Assembly: GCA_027460535.1 (NCBI GenBank)
Contig: JAPZAR010000029.1
Span: 1 to 32,000, forward strand
Reading direction: 5' to 3'
Origin: Candidatus Methanoperedens sp.
GTDB taxonomy: Archaea; Halobacteriota; Methanosarcinia; Methanosarcinales; Methanoperedenaceae
DNA length: 32,000 nucleotides
In this document: one piece after another, positions 1 through 10,241 of the stretch
Layout of the letters: each line of letters opens with the position of its first letter
Numbering within the stretch: position 1 is the stretch's first letter
The notes under the pieces: generated by a model
Told to the model about the DNA's origin: nothing
The model's database searches: none
The model's input: only the letters and a program-made list of their open reading frames with translations
Made by a program: the position numbers and the translations under genes

Positions 1-190
1 ATGTTCTTTTATGCATATCGACAGCTGCGCGGAAAGGTCCAGTCACGAAGTCGACCGATATGGTCATGTTGGTAATCGGACCGTTACCACGCTACCCAAA
101 AAGATTAATGGAGGCATTAACATGTCGTCACGAATTGAACGGTCTCCAACAAGCCATCTTTTATTAATAATGATGCCATCCTCTTCATCC

Positions 191-784
191 ATGAAAGATT
201 TCATAATCATTGGCCACAAAGCCGTAACTGCCCCGTTTTCATTGAATGATCTCCCAGGCGCTGCAGGACGCATGGATATCCTGTGCAGATGCATCAATGC
301 TGCGCTCTTTCTCTCCCATGACCTGCGAAGGGATGTCAGAATATATCTTGTCCTGAAAGGGGAACCTTCCCCGCCGAAGCTCATCTGCTTTGATGGAAGG
401 TATGTAAGGTACCTGAGCCCGGATGAGCGAAGCGCAGCATCCCTTATAAAAAAGGCCCTTGAGAAAAATGCCCTGGAATTCTGGACAGAATCTACGCCCG
501 GAGTAAGTATAAAAAAGGGGGATCTTGGCGACATCCTGGGTGAACTGGGCAAAAAAATAACCAATCTGCGGGAGGATGGGGGGGATATTCGTATGAAGAC
601 ATCCGATGTGTCTTACGGTGACGCTTTATTCGTGCTGGGCGACCACATGGGCCTTACGGAAGATGAGGAGAGAACAATAGAAACTCATGACAATGAAATA
701 GTTAGCGTGGGGCCTCTTTCTCTCCATGCCGACCATTGCATTGTTCTATTGCATAATGAGATGGATAGGAAAATAGCATTCTGA
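191..784 (+). CDS. trmY: tRNA (pseudouridine54-N1)-methyltransferase TrmY (SPOUT/DUF358 family)
   Basis: Frame of track ORF 11..784. The conserved part begins at ATG 191 (MKDFIIIGHKAVT). LPGAAGRMDILCRCINAALFLSHDLRRDV, YLSPDERSAASLIKKAL and LFVLGDHMGLTEDEE match the archaeal TrmY/Mj1640-type SPOUT pattern as I remember it. The 60 codons upstream do not look protein-like. Confidence 0.75.
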   Translation: MKDFIIIGHKAVTAPFSLNDLPGAAGRMDILCRCINAALFLSHDLRRDVRIYLVLKGEPSPPKLICFDGRYVRYLSPDERSAASLIKKALEKNALEFWTESTPGVSIKKGDLGDILGELGKKITNLREDGGDIRMKTSDVSYGDALFVLGDHMGLTEDEERTIETHDNEIVSVGPLSLHADHCIVLLHNEMDRKIAF

Positions 785-1074
785 ACGCAAATCTTTATGG
801 AACTCCATAAGGCCTGATGCGCATAATGATTTTAGGCTGATAATTTGAGCTTTTCCAGGAAGGCCTGGTCCTTGAACTTTGAGGGTATGTGCTTCAACGC
901 ATATTCCCAGGGGAAAGTTTTAATAGGTAATATTATAATGATTATAATAATCATTGACGGTTTTGAATAATACCATCTTGAATGAAATGGGAGGAAAATC
1001 TGGAATATAATAATAATTGAGCAACGCAGGTCGCCAAAACTCAGCATTGCTCAAGCCCCCTTTGGAGAGAGCAG

Positions 1075-1914
1075 ATGAATCTATTAATCGCCCCTGTATT
1101 AATTATTTCTGGCATGCTGGCGCTTCAGGCAAATTTTGCTGGGGGAAATATCCTTGCTTCACCGGAAATACAAATTGCCGTACCTGCGGCAGAGATACCC
1201 GTGGCGGCCAGTACGCCGATTCAAGCCCAGGTTCCTATTATCTCACTTGCGGAAAAGCCGTATCCTGAGCCCTCATATGTTCCTGTTATGAGACCGTATC
1301 TTGTAAATAAAGCCAATGATATATGGTATGCAAAAGATCCCTCATCGTATATCACTCCAGATAATGAATGGGTAAAGTATTATGCTTCGCAGTTGTATGT
1401 CAATTATGACGGGAGGATCCGATATAAAAATAAATCGGTTCCAGCAAGCATCGATGCAAAAGGCAATATTCTCTCTTTGACGGATGAACCCTTTGTCAAT
1501 AATTATTCCTTCGGCATTTATGGGATTTTTGATAGGGATAATATTCCCTGGTTAATGCCGGATTACTATCTAACTCATGGAAGAACTGGTGTATGTTCAG
1601 CATGGATGGCCACGGTTGCAAGTCTAATGCTCAGTGGAGAGATGTCAATTAAAGATGGTGACGCTTTTACAAAACAAGTCATCCCGGTAAAGGCCGTTTT
1701 GGGTTATATGAATGGATATCGCGATGGATGGGTCGAATACAACGTACATGGGAAGATTTTCTTGACTTCGACCGCCTTGGTCACGGTCGGGGTTGGCGAA
1801 TTGACTGAAAAAAAATCAGCCACTGAATTTGTGGAAAAGAAAGATAAGACAACAGCCAGGCCAGTTTTTGAATTCACCGATCATTATTTTGGTGGATATA
1901 AATCATGGAAATGA
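1075..1914 (+). CDS. exported hypothetical protein (weak transglutaminase/papain-like Cys core)
   Basis: Track ORF, 279 aa, with GGAGAG shortly upstream of the ATG. The N-terminal hydrophobic segment LLIAPVLIISGMLALQA is a signal peptide or anchor. GRTGVCSAWMATVASLML resembles the Cys-containing core of transglutaminase-like proteins, but the partner His/Asp residues are not evident. Confidence 0.55.
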   Translation: MNLLIAPVLIISGMLALQANFAGGNILASPEIQIAVPAAEIPVAASTPIQAQVPIISLAEKPYPEPSYVPVMRPYLVNKANDIWYAKDPSSYITPDNEWVKYYASQLYVNYDGRIRYKNKSVPASIDAKGNILSLTDEPFVNNYSFGIYGIFDRDNIPWLMPDYYLTHGRTGVCSAWMATVASLMLSGEMSIKDGDAFTKQVIPVKAVLGYMNGYRDGWVEYNVHGKIFLTSTALVTVGVGELTEKKSATEFVEKKDKTTARPVFEFTDHYFGGYKSWK

Positions 1915-2016
1915 AATAATTATTATATAATATAATATTGTAATTTTATAAAAATTATTTCGCTGAACGACTACCCATAGAAATGTATATAGAATCCAGC
2001 GCTTATTCAGACCCGG

Positions 2017-3264
2017 ATGACAATTCTGGATACGGCGCGCAAAATCGTACATGAAGGCCCTATCTGCGATAACTGCCTGGGGAGACAATTCGCTAAGCTT
2101 TCAACCGGATTGTCAAATGACAGGCGGGGCAAAGCATTAAAACTCGTGCTTGCCATGGAGGCGGGTGCAGAAAATGATGATACACTGAAAGGAGAGCTTG
2201 CCAGAAGCGAAGGTGAGATCAAATGCTGGGTATGCAACAATCTTTTCAAGCACTTAGATCCGTGGGCTGAGAAGGTCCTCGGTGCGTTTTCGGACTATGA
2301 ATACGGCAATTTTCTTGTAGGCACGAAGATGACGGGTCTCCTTGCCGAAAATGAAGAGATTGTCTGGGCAGAAAGCGGGACTACCTTTGCAGAACCCCTG
2401 AAGACAGAACTTAACCGCGAAGTGGGGAAAAGGGTAGAAAAAATAACAGGAAAGCGGGCAAACCTCAAAAAACCGGAAATAGTAGCACTTCTTGACCTTG
2501 AAAATGATGCGGTTGAACTCGAAGTGAACTCTCTGTACATATACGGCAGGTACAGGAAACTGGTCCGGGGTATCCCACAGACCAGATGGCCGTGCAGGGT
2601 ATGCGGCGGCAAGGGATGCGAGCGCTGTGACAACACAGGCAGGATGTATCAGGAATCAGTGGACGAGCTCATAAGACCGCATCTTATCAAGGCTGCAGAA
2701 TGCGAGGATACGGCGTTTCACGGAGCGGGGCGCGAGGACATCGATGCCTTGATGCTTGGCGAGGGGAGACCGTTCGTGGTCGAGGCAAAAAAGCCTCATC
2801 TGAGAAATATCGATCTAATTTCGCTCGAATATGAAATAAACAGCAAAGCAGAAGGAAAAATCGAGGTAACGGGGCTGAAATTCGTTGAAAGCGAAACAGT
2901 AGAGAAGATAAAATCAATGAAAGCGAATAAGGTTTATCGCCTTAAGATAGAACATAATACGAGCGAGGAAAAACTTAAATCATCCCTTGACATAATAAGC
3001 GGAACCCTTATCAAACAGAAAACACCCACTAGAGTGCTTCACAGGCGGGCCGACCTTGAAAGGGTACGCAAGGTACATTCGACGGCTATCGAATCCTTCG
3101 GTGATAATACCGCAGTCATCACTATCCATTGCGAAGGTGGGCTTTATGTCAAGGAACTTGTTTCCGGGGATGGCGGGCGCACAATGCCCAGTTTGGCTGG
3201 CCTTACCGGAAGTGAAGCAAAGGTTATAGAACTTGAAGTCATTAAAGTAGACGGGAAAGAATAA
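2017..3264 (+). CDS. pus10: tRNA pseudouridine(54/55) synthase Pus10
   Basis: 415 aa. N-terminal CxxC pairs (CDNCLGRQF, CWVCNNLF), a second Zn cluster RWPCRVCGGKGCERCDNTG, the catalytic-Asp block GAGREDIDALMLGEGRPFVVE, and the C-terminal GGLYVKELVSGDGGRT. This is the typical archaeal Pus10 architecture. Confidence 0.85.
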   Translation: MTILDTARKIVHEGPICDNCLGRQFAKLSTGLSNDRRGKALKLVLAMEAGAENDDTLKGELARSEGEIKCWVCNNLFKHLDPWAEKVLGAFSDYEYGNFLVGTKMTGLLAENEEIVWAESGTTFAEPLKTELNREVGKRVEKITGKRANLKKPEIVALLDLENDAVELEVNSLYIYGRYRKLVRGIPQTRWPCRVCGGKGCERCDNTGRMYQESVDELIRPHLIKAAECEDTAFHGAGREDIDALMLGEGRPFVVEAKKPHLRNIDLISLEYEINSKAEGKIEVTGLKFVESETVEKIKSMKANKVYRLKIEHNTSEEKLKSSLDIISGTLIKQKTPTRVLHRRADLERVRKVHSTAIESFGDNTAVITIHCEGGLYVKELVSGDGGRTMPSLAGLTGSEAKVIELEVIKVDGKE

Positions 3265-3300
3265 ACTTATATTATAACACTTATAATTCGGAGGACTATT

Positions 3301-3591
3301 ATGGCAAAAACCCACGGAACAAGAAGAAAATCAAGATATAAACTCAAGAAAACAGTAAGAGAAAAAGGACTATCTCCAATAAGCAGGGCTGTACAGGAAT
3401 TTGCCGAAGGTGATCTCGTAAATATTGATCTTGACCCGGGAATCCAGAATGGCATGCCGCACCCCAAATTCCAGGGTAAGACTGGAAGGGTCGTAGGTCA
3501 GCGCGGTCGTGCATATCTTGTTGAGGTTCGGGACGGCGGGCTTATGAAAGAAGTTATTGCGCTGCCTGAACATTTGACCTCACAAAAATAA
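3301..3591 (+). CDS. rpl21e: 50S ribosomal protein L21e
   Basis: 96 aa, [17 protein letters not shown]...[27 protein letters not shown] lies 5 nt upstream of the ATG. Confidence 0.9.
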   Translation: MAKTHGTRRKSRYKLKKTVREKGLSPISRAVQEFAEGDLVNIDLDPGIQNGMPHPKFQGKTGRVVGQRGRAYLVEVRDGGLMKEVIALPEHLTSQK

Positions 3592-3602
3592 CCGGTGAAA
3601 TA

Positions 3603-3956
3603 ATGATAGTAAAACAGATTCTCGGCGAGGAAATACTGACCCTGCCTGAAGTTCGGCAAGTGCTTGATCAGGTGAGAGAAGAAAGAGAGAATGAAGAGGG
3701 CAAGGAACTGGGCTATGAATTGCGAAAAGCAATATCACATGCTGAGATGTTTGCAAGGCTCGATCCGATCAAATCCAGGGAACTTGTGAATGAACTTATA
3801 AAACTTGAAAAAATGAAACCTGAGATAGCAGTAAGGATCGCTGATACTCTGCCACTATCCAATGATGAGATAAGATCGATATATGCAAAGGAACGGTATA
3901 CCCTTACAGAACAGGAATTGAAACAGATTCTGGAACTGGTTCTTAAATTTGCTTGA
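3603..3956 (+). CDS. rpoF: DNA-directed RNA polymerase subunit F (Rpb4-like)
   Basis: 117 aa, helical and acidic. It starts 11 nt after rpl21e. Its position in the widely conserved archaeal order L21e-RpoF-DUF655-KsgA supports the call, as does the Rpb4-like C-terminal IRSIYAKERYTLTEQELKQILELV. Confidence 0.75.
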   Translation: MIVKQILGEEILTLPEVRQVLDQVREERENEEGKELGYELRKAISHAEMFARLDPIKSRELVNELIKLEKMKPEIAVRIADTLPLSNDEIRSIYAKERYTLTEQELKQILELVLKFA

Positions 3957-4032
3957 ATCTGATTGTAAAACTATATAAACTTCTATTCTAATTATTAGTG
4001 GTTGAGCAAGGAGACGCTAGCGTCAGTGGTAT

Positions 4033-4626
4033 TTGATGATAACTTTCGGGAAAAAGGCGGAAAAAGAAGATTTTGCATATATACTGGATTACTTGCATTA
4101 TGGACGTTCTGATGACAATCGTCCGATGTACCAGAAGAAACCTCTTGCACAGGGAGTCGGCGAAAAACATTTTGTATTAATGGAGATGACTCCGAAAGAG
4201 AACGTGATGCCGAAGGCCCAGGACAGGGTGTATATAGGGGAAGGGGACAGGCCTGTAATAGACCATGTGAAGAGGCGTATCATCTATAATGAGCTTACCC
4301 ATGGAGCCCAGATGGAACTTCCGCCCGTAATAGAAAAGGTAGTCCTGACCGATGAAAACAGGTTCTTATCTTTCTTTAATGATGCTTATCCCATAACAAC
4401 GCGTTTGCATATGCTTGAATTGCTGCCGGGAATAGGTAAAAAACTCATGTGGGGTATAATAGACGAGAGGAAAAAAGGAGAGTTCACATCTTTTAAGAAC
4501 CTCGTTGAAAGGGTCAAAGGTCTCCATGCTCCGGAGAAACTGATCGCGAACAGGGTTATGGATGAATTAAAGGATGAGACCATAAAATACCGGATTTTCA
4601 CGACCCCGACGCCTCCAAAAAGATAA
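4033..4626 (+). CDS. DUF655 family protein (putative RNA/nucleotide-binding, HhH-containing)
   Basis: 197 aa. EDFAYILDYLHYGRSDD, ITTRLHMLELLPGIGKKLMW and FTSFKNLVERVKG match the archaeal DUF655 family, which normally sits between rpoF and ksgA. Confidence 0.75.
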   Translation: MMITFGKKAEKEDFAYILDYLHYGRSDDNRPMYQKKPLAQGVGEKHFVLMEMTPKENVMPKAQDRVYIGEGDRPVIDHVKRRIIYNELTHGAQMELPPVIEKVVLTDENRFLSFFNDAYPITTRLHMLELLPGIGKKLMWGIIDERKKGEFTSFKNLVERVKGLHAPEKLIANRVMDELKDETIKYRIFTTPTPPKR

Positions 4627-4655
4627 AGCCGAAGATATTCATTAGCGGGTTCACT

Positions 4656-5429
4656 GTGAAATGGTATAAAAAGGACCAGCATTTTTTAATAGATAAACGG
4701 GTTCTCAACAGGATAATAGACTTCGGCGGATTAAATCGCTCCGATATCGTGCTGGAAATTGGCGCGGGCTATGGCAATCTTACCGGGGCGATAGCTGAAA
4801 AAGCCGGAAAGGTCATAGCAATTGAAGCGGATCCTGATCTTGCAGCATCTCTTGACAGGTGGGATAATGTTGAGGTGATAACGGGAGATGCGCGGAAGAT
4901 TGAATTCCCGAATTTTAATAAAGTGATATCCAATCTGCCTTATTCCATATCCTCCCCTGTCACTTTCAAACTGCTGAGATATAAATTCGAACTTGGGATT
5001 TTGATGTACCAGTATGAGTTTGCAAAAAGGATGGTCGCAAAGGCGGGCAGCGAGGATTACAGCAGGCTCTCAATTGCTGTCCAGTATTATGCTGACGCCG
5101 AGTTGCTGGAGGTCGTTCCAGAAAGCGCGTTCAGCGCCCCGCCAAAGGTCAGGTCTGCCATTGTGAGGCTGGTTCCCCGACCGCCGCTTTTCAAAGTTAG
5201 CGACCAGGATTTTTTTATGAGATTCATCACTGCAGCCTTTTCCCAGAGGAGGAAAAAGCTCAGGAATGCCATATTGAATAATGCAGTTTCACTTGGGATC
5301 AAGAAAAGTGATGTGGAAAGGCTGCCGCGGGAAAAGTTGGACGTCAGGGCAGAGACGCTGTCATCCCAGGAACTTGCGGAGCTTTCAGACATCCTGGCCA
5401 GCGGAAAAATGAAAATTCCAATCACATGA
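4656..5429 (+). CDS. rsmA: 16S rRNA (adenine1518/1519-N6)-dimethyltransferase KsgA/Dim1
   Basis: GTG start. SAM-binding [12 protein letters not shown], catalytic [11 protein letters not shown], and C-terminal [12 protein letters not shown]. Confidence 0.85.
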   Translation: MKWYKKDQHFLIDKRVLNRIIDFGGLNRSDIVLEIGAGYGNLTGAIAEKAGKVIAIEADPDLAASLDRWDNVEVITGDARKIEFPNFNKVISNLPYSISSPVTFKLLRYKFELGILMYQYEFAKRMVAKAGSEDYSRLSIAVQYYADAELLEVVPESAFSAPPKVRSAIVRLVPRPPLFKVSDQDFFMRFITAAFSQRRKKLRNAILNNAVSLGIKKSDVERLPREKLDVRAETLSSQELAELSDILASGKMKIPIT

Positions 5430-8400
5430 AATCCGCAAGCCCTTTCTGTTTCACCTTATCGCTCTCGAACAATGACCTCATCTCAAGCTCGAGCAGTTCC
5501 AGTCTCTGCTTCGTGTAATGCCTTACATTGTACTCATCTGCGATGCGAAGCGATGTTTCAAGATACTTTCTCACAGAGCCCTCATGGACGGTAAGCACGA
5601 TATTCCCGCCGCACTTGGGACAGGTGCCGCGCAGGGGCGGACGCCTGAACTTTGCATTGCATTTTGTACACCTGACCTTCTGTTTAGAGAAAGAGCGCAG
5701 ATTCCCTATCAGGTCAGGCAGGAAATGCGAGTTTATGATCCTTTCTGCAACGTCCTGGGGGTCAACAGCCCTTATTTTCCGTGCCAGGGCGAGTTGAGCG
5801 TCCATTTTCTCTATCATGGTCCCCAGTGTCTTGTATGCACTGTTCCTAGGCCCTGCTGCAATATTGGAAGTGTCGTGGGTGAAACCAAAACCCTCGTACT
5901 GTGCTGGAGTACCAAGCCTGCCGCTCACTGTATCCATTAGTTTCACGATATCCCTGGGGTTCATGAATTTCATTGTGGCCTCATAGAACTCGAGAGGGTA
6001 CTGGAATGTCACATCTACGTTATGTGTTTCCTTATCGACTTCATTGGGGTCGATGCGCGAGGTCAGCACAAGCGGCGCATCCATCTGTCCTCCCCTCTTG
6101 TCGGGAAGGTATGAGCGCGAGAAATTCAAAAGCCCGTCCATCAGAAGCATTACGCAGTCCTCGTCACCATCGCAGTTGCGCCGTTTTGCAGCATGGAAAA
6201 AGGGATGTGCATAACCCACGGATGCAGTGGTGAAACCGATCAGACGCCCGAGTACCCCGGCAGAGGTATGGGGGGCAAGTCCGATAACAAGTTTTCCTAT
6301 GAGGTCGTCTGTCCTGCTCATGTTATAGTAAGAACCCACTTTATAATATTTCGTAAGGAGGTCGTCAACAAATCTCGCGGTCTTTAGCAGGTATTCTGCG
6401 CAATCCTTTGAGACAACGATGTCCTGCACTTTCAGTTCAAGGGTCTGGTTCTCGTCTGTAAGCGGCCTGCCATATATGTCTTTCTCATAACCCAGTTCTT
6501 TCAGTTTCGCCGCCGGAACGCCTATCTCTCTGGGTCTGATATGGGTGAGGGGCAGGTCGGAAAGGTCATACCTCACAGTGCCGTCCTTGAACATCACAAT
6601 GTCGTGTTTTGCACGCAGGATGCCTTTTTCAAGCGGCTCAGGCGTCTTGTTTTTCGAAGTAAGACCCAGGACCCCTTTTATTGCAACATTATCCCTTTCC
6701 CCGACATTTTCCAGGGCATCCATGTACTCTTTCTTGAGATCTACAGAAGTCTCTGTCACTGAGGTAGTTTCTTTTTTACATTTCGGGCATACCGGCCTGT
6801 TCACCTCAATCCCGCATGCATGGCATCGCAGGACCGCATTCGTAAATTTTCCGCATTTGCACCTGTTCTTGAAAGTCCGGATTTTACATGATGGGCAGAT
6901 GCGCTCGCCTATCTGTACTTTTATCGTCCCGACCTTTTCTTTCTGGACAGACAGCCCTATTTTGAATTCATTATTCCTCTCCCCACCATCGTCGTCAACG
7001 TATTCTTTGGCGCTCTGGAGCGAGCGGCGCCGTCCGCCTGCTTCACCGATGGGAAAAAGTACATGAGGCGCCGGCTTCATCTCACGCTTGTCAGATTTTT
7101 CAGGTCTTCCCATCCTTCCGCCGATCCTGATGGGAGCCCGCCTGCGTATAGTAATTCCGCTCATCCTGGAAACAGTTTCCATGATATCAGTTTCTGTTGC
7201 TGTCCATGTTTTTTTCAGATCCCTTGCAAGTCCCATGCACCGGATAAATGGCAATGGCTCTTCGATATGAATCTGCTTCTCGCGCACGATATGCGGGACA
7301 AGAAGGGTCTCCAAAATAGTTTTTATTTTACTATCAAGTGGAATTGAGAGTTTTCCATTGAATTTACCATTTTGCTGGATGTATTCTGCAAGCTCGCAGT
7401 ATTCATCAAGGCTGATATCATGCCAGAGATAGGTGTATTTTGGATGAAGGGGTACTTTGTAGGTATCGGAGAGCGAGAGTGCTTTATTTTCATCCGGGTT
7501 TTTCAAATCTCCCAGGTCTTTTATAGGTGTTTTGGAAGCAAGTTCCTGTACCCACCACTCATAACAGTATGACGACGGCACCAGAGGATGGTTGTTCTCA
7601 AGGAAATCCCCATAATTTATCAATATCTCACCGATATCCAGGATCCTCTGTACTGAGGGCCTGATCCTTTGAGCCTCTTCGGCAGTATCAACTCTCAAAA
7701 CATCCCCGTTGAACAAACGCACGGTAGGCCCTTCGATCGTATCCACGGGCGCAATGCCTGCGGCCTTTCCAGGGCGTTCGATCTTTATCTGGGTTCCTGC
7801 GGCAAGAAAATCGTCCATCAGGATCATTGTGGCAGGACTGATACCAGCCGCTGCAAAACAGGTGTTCCTGCTCCTCCCGTACCTGAGCCGGAAGCCTCCC
7901 GGCCTTGAGGGATACGAAAATACGGGTCTTCCTGCGATCAGATCCTGCAGATACTTGTCCTTCGGCTTTAGCTGTGCCGAAGTATCATCGCTTTTGACAG
8001 TGACCGTGAATTTCTCAAGCCAGTCCCAGCCGTCGAGTTTGAGCTTGTCCACATGTTTCTTCACCTTCGGGGCTTTGAGCGCGATGCCCTCGGCGATGAC
8101 AAGAGCCATACCGCCGCGTATCCTGTTCGTCTCGATCCTTTCAAGGTCCCGGCGCCCTTCCACTTCTGCTTCTTCCGTAGGCTCGCCGTCTATGCAGATA
8201 GGGCAGTTGCGCACGATCAGGCGAATTTCCTCATCGGTAGGCAGGTATTGCAGGTGAACTGCCCTGTGATATGCGGTGATCTCTTCGACGTACCTTTCGA
8301 CCTCTTCCGGCCGCGGTACGAACCTGTTGATGCCGAGGTTGATGCGCACATAATCAGCGGCAAGCACGGAAAGCGCCTGCGCCGTGCCGCCTGCGCTCCG

Positions 8401-8841
8401 TATGGGACCGGCATAATAGATCCTGATATACTCCGAGCCGTCATCGTTTTTCGCAAGGTCGATCTTTGCTATTCCTTCTATCGGCGCAGCAACAACGCCT
8501 TCCGTGAGCACAGCCATGGCGATCCTCACAGCGGCCTCTATCGCATCCTTTTTTGAATCGAACTGCTTGATCTTCCCGCTCGCGACTTCAAGACCGAGCT
8601 GCAGCGAAGCCTCCTCCCTCGACATTGACTCTTCAAGCTCTCTTAACCGCCTGGCAACCCCCTCCACGCCTATGAGTTTCTCAACCCTGTCTGCAAGGTC
8701 TTTCGCTATCGGGATCTCTATCTCCGGCTTCGGGTCTGCGCCGTTGGCGCGCGCGCTGTTGGCGAGGGCGATCGCGCGGTTGAGCTCTGTTTCAAGCCCG
8801 TTGAAATAAACCAGCATTGCTTCGCTGGCGGCGAATTTCAT
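5422..8841 (-). CDS. polC: DNA polymerase II (PolD) large subunit DP2
   Basis: 1139 aa, a single uninterrupted ORF with no intein-sized insertion. Multiple Cys4 clusters ([48 protein letters not shown]) and long stretches typical of archaeal DP2. Its 3' end overlaps ksgA convergently by 8 nt. Confidence 0.9.
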   Translation of the reverse strand: MKFAASEAMLVYFNGLETELNRAIALANSARANGADPKPEIEIPIAKDLADRVEKLIGVEGVARRLRELEESMSREEASLQLGLEVASGKIKQFDSKKDAIEAAVRIAMAVLTEGVVAAPIEGIAKIDLAKNDDGSEYIRIYYAGPIRSAGGTAQALSVLAADYVRINLGINRFVPRPEEVERYVEEITAYHRAVHLQYLPTDEEIRLIVRNCPICIDGEPTEEAEVEGRRDLERIETNRIRGGMALVIAEGIALKAPKVKKHVDKLKLDGWDWLEKFTVTVKSDDTSAQLKPKDKYLQDLIAGRPVFSYPSRPGGFRLRYGRSRNTCFAAAGISPATMILMDDFLAAGTQIKIERPGKAAGIAPVDTIEGPTVRLFNGDVLRVDTAEEAQRIRPSVQRILDIGEILINYGDFLENNHPLVPSSYCYEWWVQELASKTPIKDLGDLKNPDENKALSLSDTYKVPLHPKYTYLWHDISLDEYCELAEYIQQNGKFNGKLSIPLDSKIKTILETLLVPHIVREKQIHIEEPLPFIRCMGLARDLKKTWTATETDIMETVSRMSGITIRRRAPIRIGGRMGRPEKSDKREMKPAPHVLFPIGEAGGRRRSLQSAKEYVDDDGGERNNEFKIGLSVQKEKVGTIKVQIGERICPSCKIRTFKNRCKCGKFTNAVLRCHACGIEVNRPVCPKCKKETTSVTETSVDLKKEYMDALENVGERDNVAIKGVLGLTSKNKTPEPLEKGILRAKHDIVMFKDGTVRYDLSDLPLTHIRPREIGVPAAKLKELGYEKDIYGRPLTDENQTLELKVQDIVVSKDCAEYLLKTARFVDDLLTKYYKVGSYYNMSRTDDLIGKLVIGLAPHTSAGVLGRLIGFTTASVGYAHPFFHAAKRRNCDGDEDCVMLLMDGLLNFSRSYLPDKRGGQMDAPLVLTSRIDPNEVDKETHNVDVTFQYPLEFYEATMKFMNPRDIVKLMDTVSGRLGTPAQYEGFGFTHDTSNIAAGPRNSAYKTLGTMIEKMDAQLALARKIRAVDPQDVAERIINSHFLPDLIGNLRSFSKQKVRCTKCNAKFRRPPLRGTCPKCGGNIVLTVHEGSVRKYLETSLRIADEYNVRHYTKQRLELLELEMRSLFESDKVKQKGLADFM

Positions 8842-8875
8842 GTATCGAGCCCTCTAAATACAAACCGCAGATGAA

Positions 8876-8988
8876 GGCGCCCAGAGTCACGCCTCTGGAG
8901 GGCGCATTCACGTATGGCTTCGCCATACGTGTCAGTAACGCGAATGAACGCAGATACGCGATTACTTTGCGCCCTCTGCTCTTTTTTT
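8876..8988. other. multi-hairpin structured element ending in a T7 run (small ncRNA on +, or the polD 5' leader on -)
   Basis: Hairpin 1 is 8881-8886/8893-8898. Hairpin 2 is a perfect 10 bp stem, 8909-8918/8922-8931. Hairpin 3 is 8934-8942/8957-8966 with a one-nt bulge. An outer stem 8897-8906/8968-8977 encloses hairpins 2 and 3. T7 lies at 8982-8988. A TATA-like TAAATA sits at 8855-8860. Confidence 0.35.
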
Positions 8989-9250
8989 ATTATTTGATTC
9001 GACCCTTCAACAAACATTACAGGCTGAAATCAGGCTGGAATGAGATAAAGATTGTTATGATCTTTATATTCAAATTGGATTTTTAATGAGGCAGCTTCTT
9101 ATTATGCCTACCGGCGGCTTTTGGTGAGGTTAAAAGTACTGCGACTGGTTTATGTATTTTAATACTTTCGCTCTTGCTATAAGATTTTGCGTATGAACCC
9201 TGAGTATCGATTTGAATAAAAGAACTGAAAGGAGAGCTTCTGCATTATAT

Positions 9251-9298
9251 AAAAACACTATCTGCAGGCCATGGAATTAAGTCCGGGGTTTGTGACTT
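9251..9298 (-). repeat. copy C (inverted) of the dispersed ~50-nt hairpin repeat (IS200-end-like)
   Basis: The reverse complement reads AAGTCACAAACCCCGGACTTAATTCCATGGCCTGCAGATAGTGTTTTT. It shares AAGTCAC..CCCC..GGCCTG..TTTT with the copies at 16013, 20011 and 28042, and CCCCGGAC with the 20011 copy. Confidence 0.6.
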
Positions 9299-9454
9299 AA
9301 AACGATGGGTCTTTCATGCTCGGAAAGGTATAAAATTATAGGAAAACCCCCATGTAAATTAAAAATAGGCGCGAATAATATTATATACCAATATCGTATA
9401 CGAATGAATTATGCAAAGAATGAAAGAATCTGCAAATTTGGTAAGTGATAAAAA

Positions 9455-10180
9455 ATGAGTGAAAAGAAGGAACTCACAAAAAAGACCATTGTTCCAGCAT
9501 ATTTAGATAAAACCCCTAGTTCTGACCATATTGTAAATTTAGTTAAAGCTGCGATTTCAGGAATACCAATTATCGGAGGGGCTCTTGGTTCGCTTGTCAA
9601 TGATTATATTCCAAATAAAAAACTAGAAAGACTTCTTGATTTTATTAAACAATTATCTGAAAACATCGAAAGGTTTAAAGATGAAATAAACGAAGATTTC
9701 GTAAGAACGGATGAATTTGCATATCTATTTGAGCAAACATATAAACTTGTTCTTGAGAATTATCAGAAAGAGAAATTAGAGTTTTTAATGGCGCTACTTG
9801 TAAATTCATTAAGAGGAAGAGATCTTAAGGCGGATACAATGGAGTACTATTTGAAAAAAATTGAGACATTATCTCCACTTCATCTCGGTATGTTGAGATT
9901 TCTGAGCTTCCCTGTTGATTGCTTTGCAGAAATTGGAATAAAACCTGGAAATGTTAAAGGTTATAATTTTTCTCGAACACTTCAAACTTATTTTAATGAG
10001 GTTCCATTGGATGTTTTGAAAGGCATTTTTGGAGACCTTTACCAAATGGGTTTTACGAATACAGATAGGAATATATTTGGTACCATGACGGCAGGCAGCG
10101 GAGTAGATATTATCAGTGGTAGGGTTTCCCCTTTGGGTAAAGATTTTATGGATTTCTGCACAATAAAACTTAAAAAATGA
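9455..10180 (+). CDS. hypothetical protein, Abi-alpha (DUF4393)-like
   Basis: 241 aa in a strongly AT-rich patch. The Gly-rich N-terminal segment AISGIPIIGGALGSLVNDYIP is followed by EKLEFLMALLVNSLRG...YYLKKIETLSPLHLGMLRFL. This resembles the (E/R)xMFANLLA...IIKQLSPxDAxxL layout I recall for Abi_alpha proteins. The similarity is judged by eye only. Confidence 0.5.
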   Translation: MSEKKELTKKTIVPAYLDKTPSSDHIVNLVKAAISGIPIIGGALGSLVNDYIPNKKLERLLDFIKQLSENIERFKDEINEDFVRTDEFAYLFEQTYKLVLENYQKEKLEFLMALLVNSLRGRDLKADTMEYYLKKIETLSPLHLGMLRFLSFPVDCFAEIGIKPGNVKGYNFSRTLQTYFNEVPLDVLKGIFGDLYQMGFTNTDRNIFGTMTAGSGVDIISGRVSPLGKDFMDFCTIKLKK

Positions 10181-10241
10181 TGGATACTAAAAATGGACAA
10201 TAACGTAACTTGTTAGTTTAGCAAGCAATTGAATAATTTAT

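Noticed and set aside
11-190. N-terminal 60-codon extension of the trmY ORF, and a possible minus-strand gene start at 67 (MTISVDFVTGPFRAAVDMHKRT.. running off the window)
   Set aside because: The extension is not protein-like and TrmY homology starts at Met 191. The minus-strand fragment has only 22 codons inside the window, too little to support a call.
64-564. 166-aa minus-strand ORF
   Set aside because: It is antisense to trmY and has no motifs. It is a shadow ORF.
832-1047. 71-aa minus-strand ORF in the trmY-downstream spacer
   Set aside because: It is dominated by poly-Ile from an AT-rich tract (IIIIIIILPI) with no start context. It is most likely non-coding spacer or promoter DNA.
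5518-8809. Many plus-strand track ORFs (for example 5518..5940, 6545..7066, 7709..8257, 8053..8556, 8504..8809) inside the polD region
   Set aside because: All lie antisense to a 1139-aa ORF with unmistakable PolD DP2 features. Their translations are low-complexity, Ser/Arg/Pro-rich, and show no motifs. They are shadow ORFs.
8897-8977. Possible tRNA, suggested by an ~80-nt region closed by a 9-10 bp stem
   Set aside because: The cloverleaf does not fit. The inner hairpins have 10-bp and 9-bp stems with 3-nt and 14-nt loops, there is no GTTCRANYC T-loop, and there are no D-arm features.
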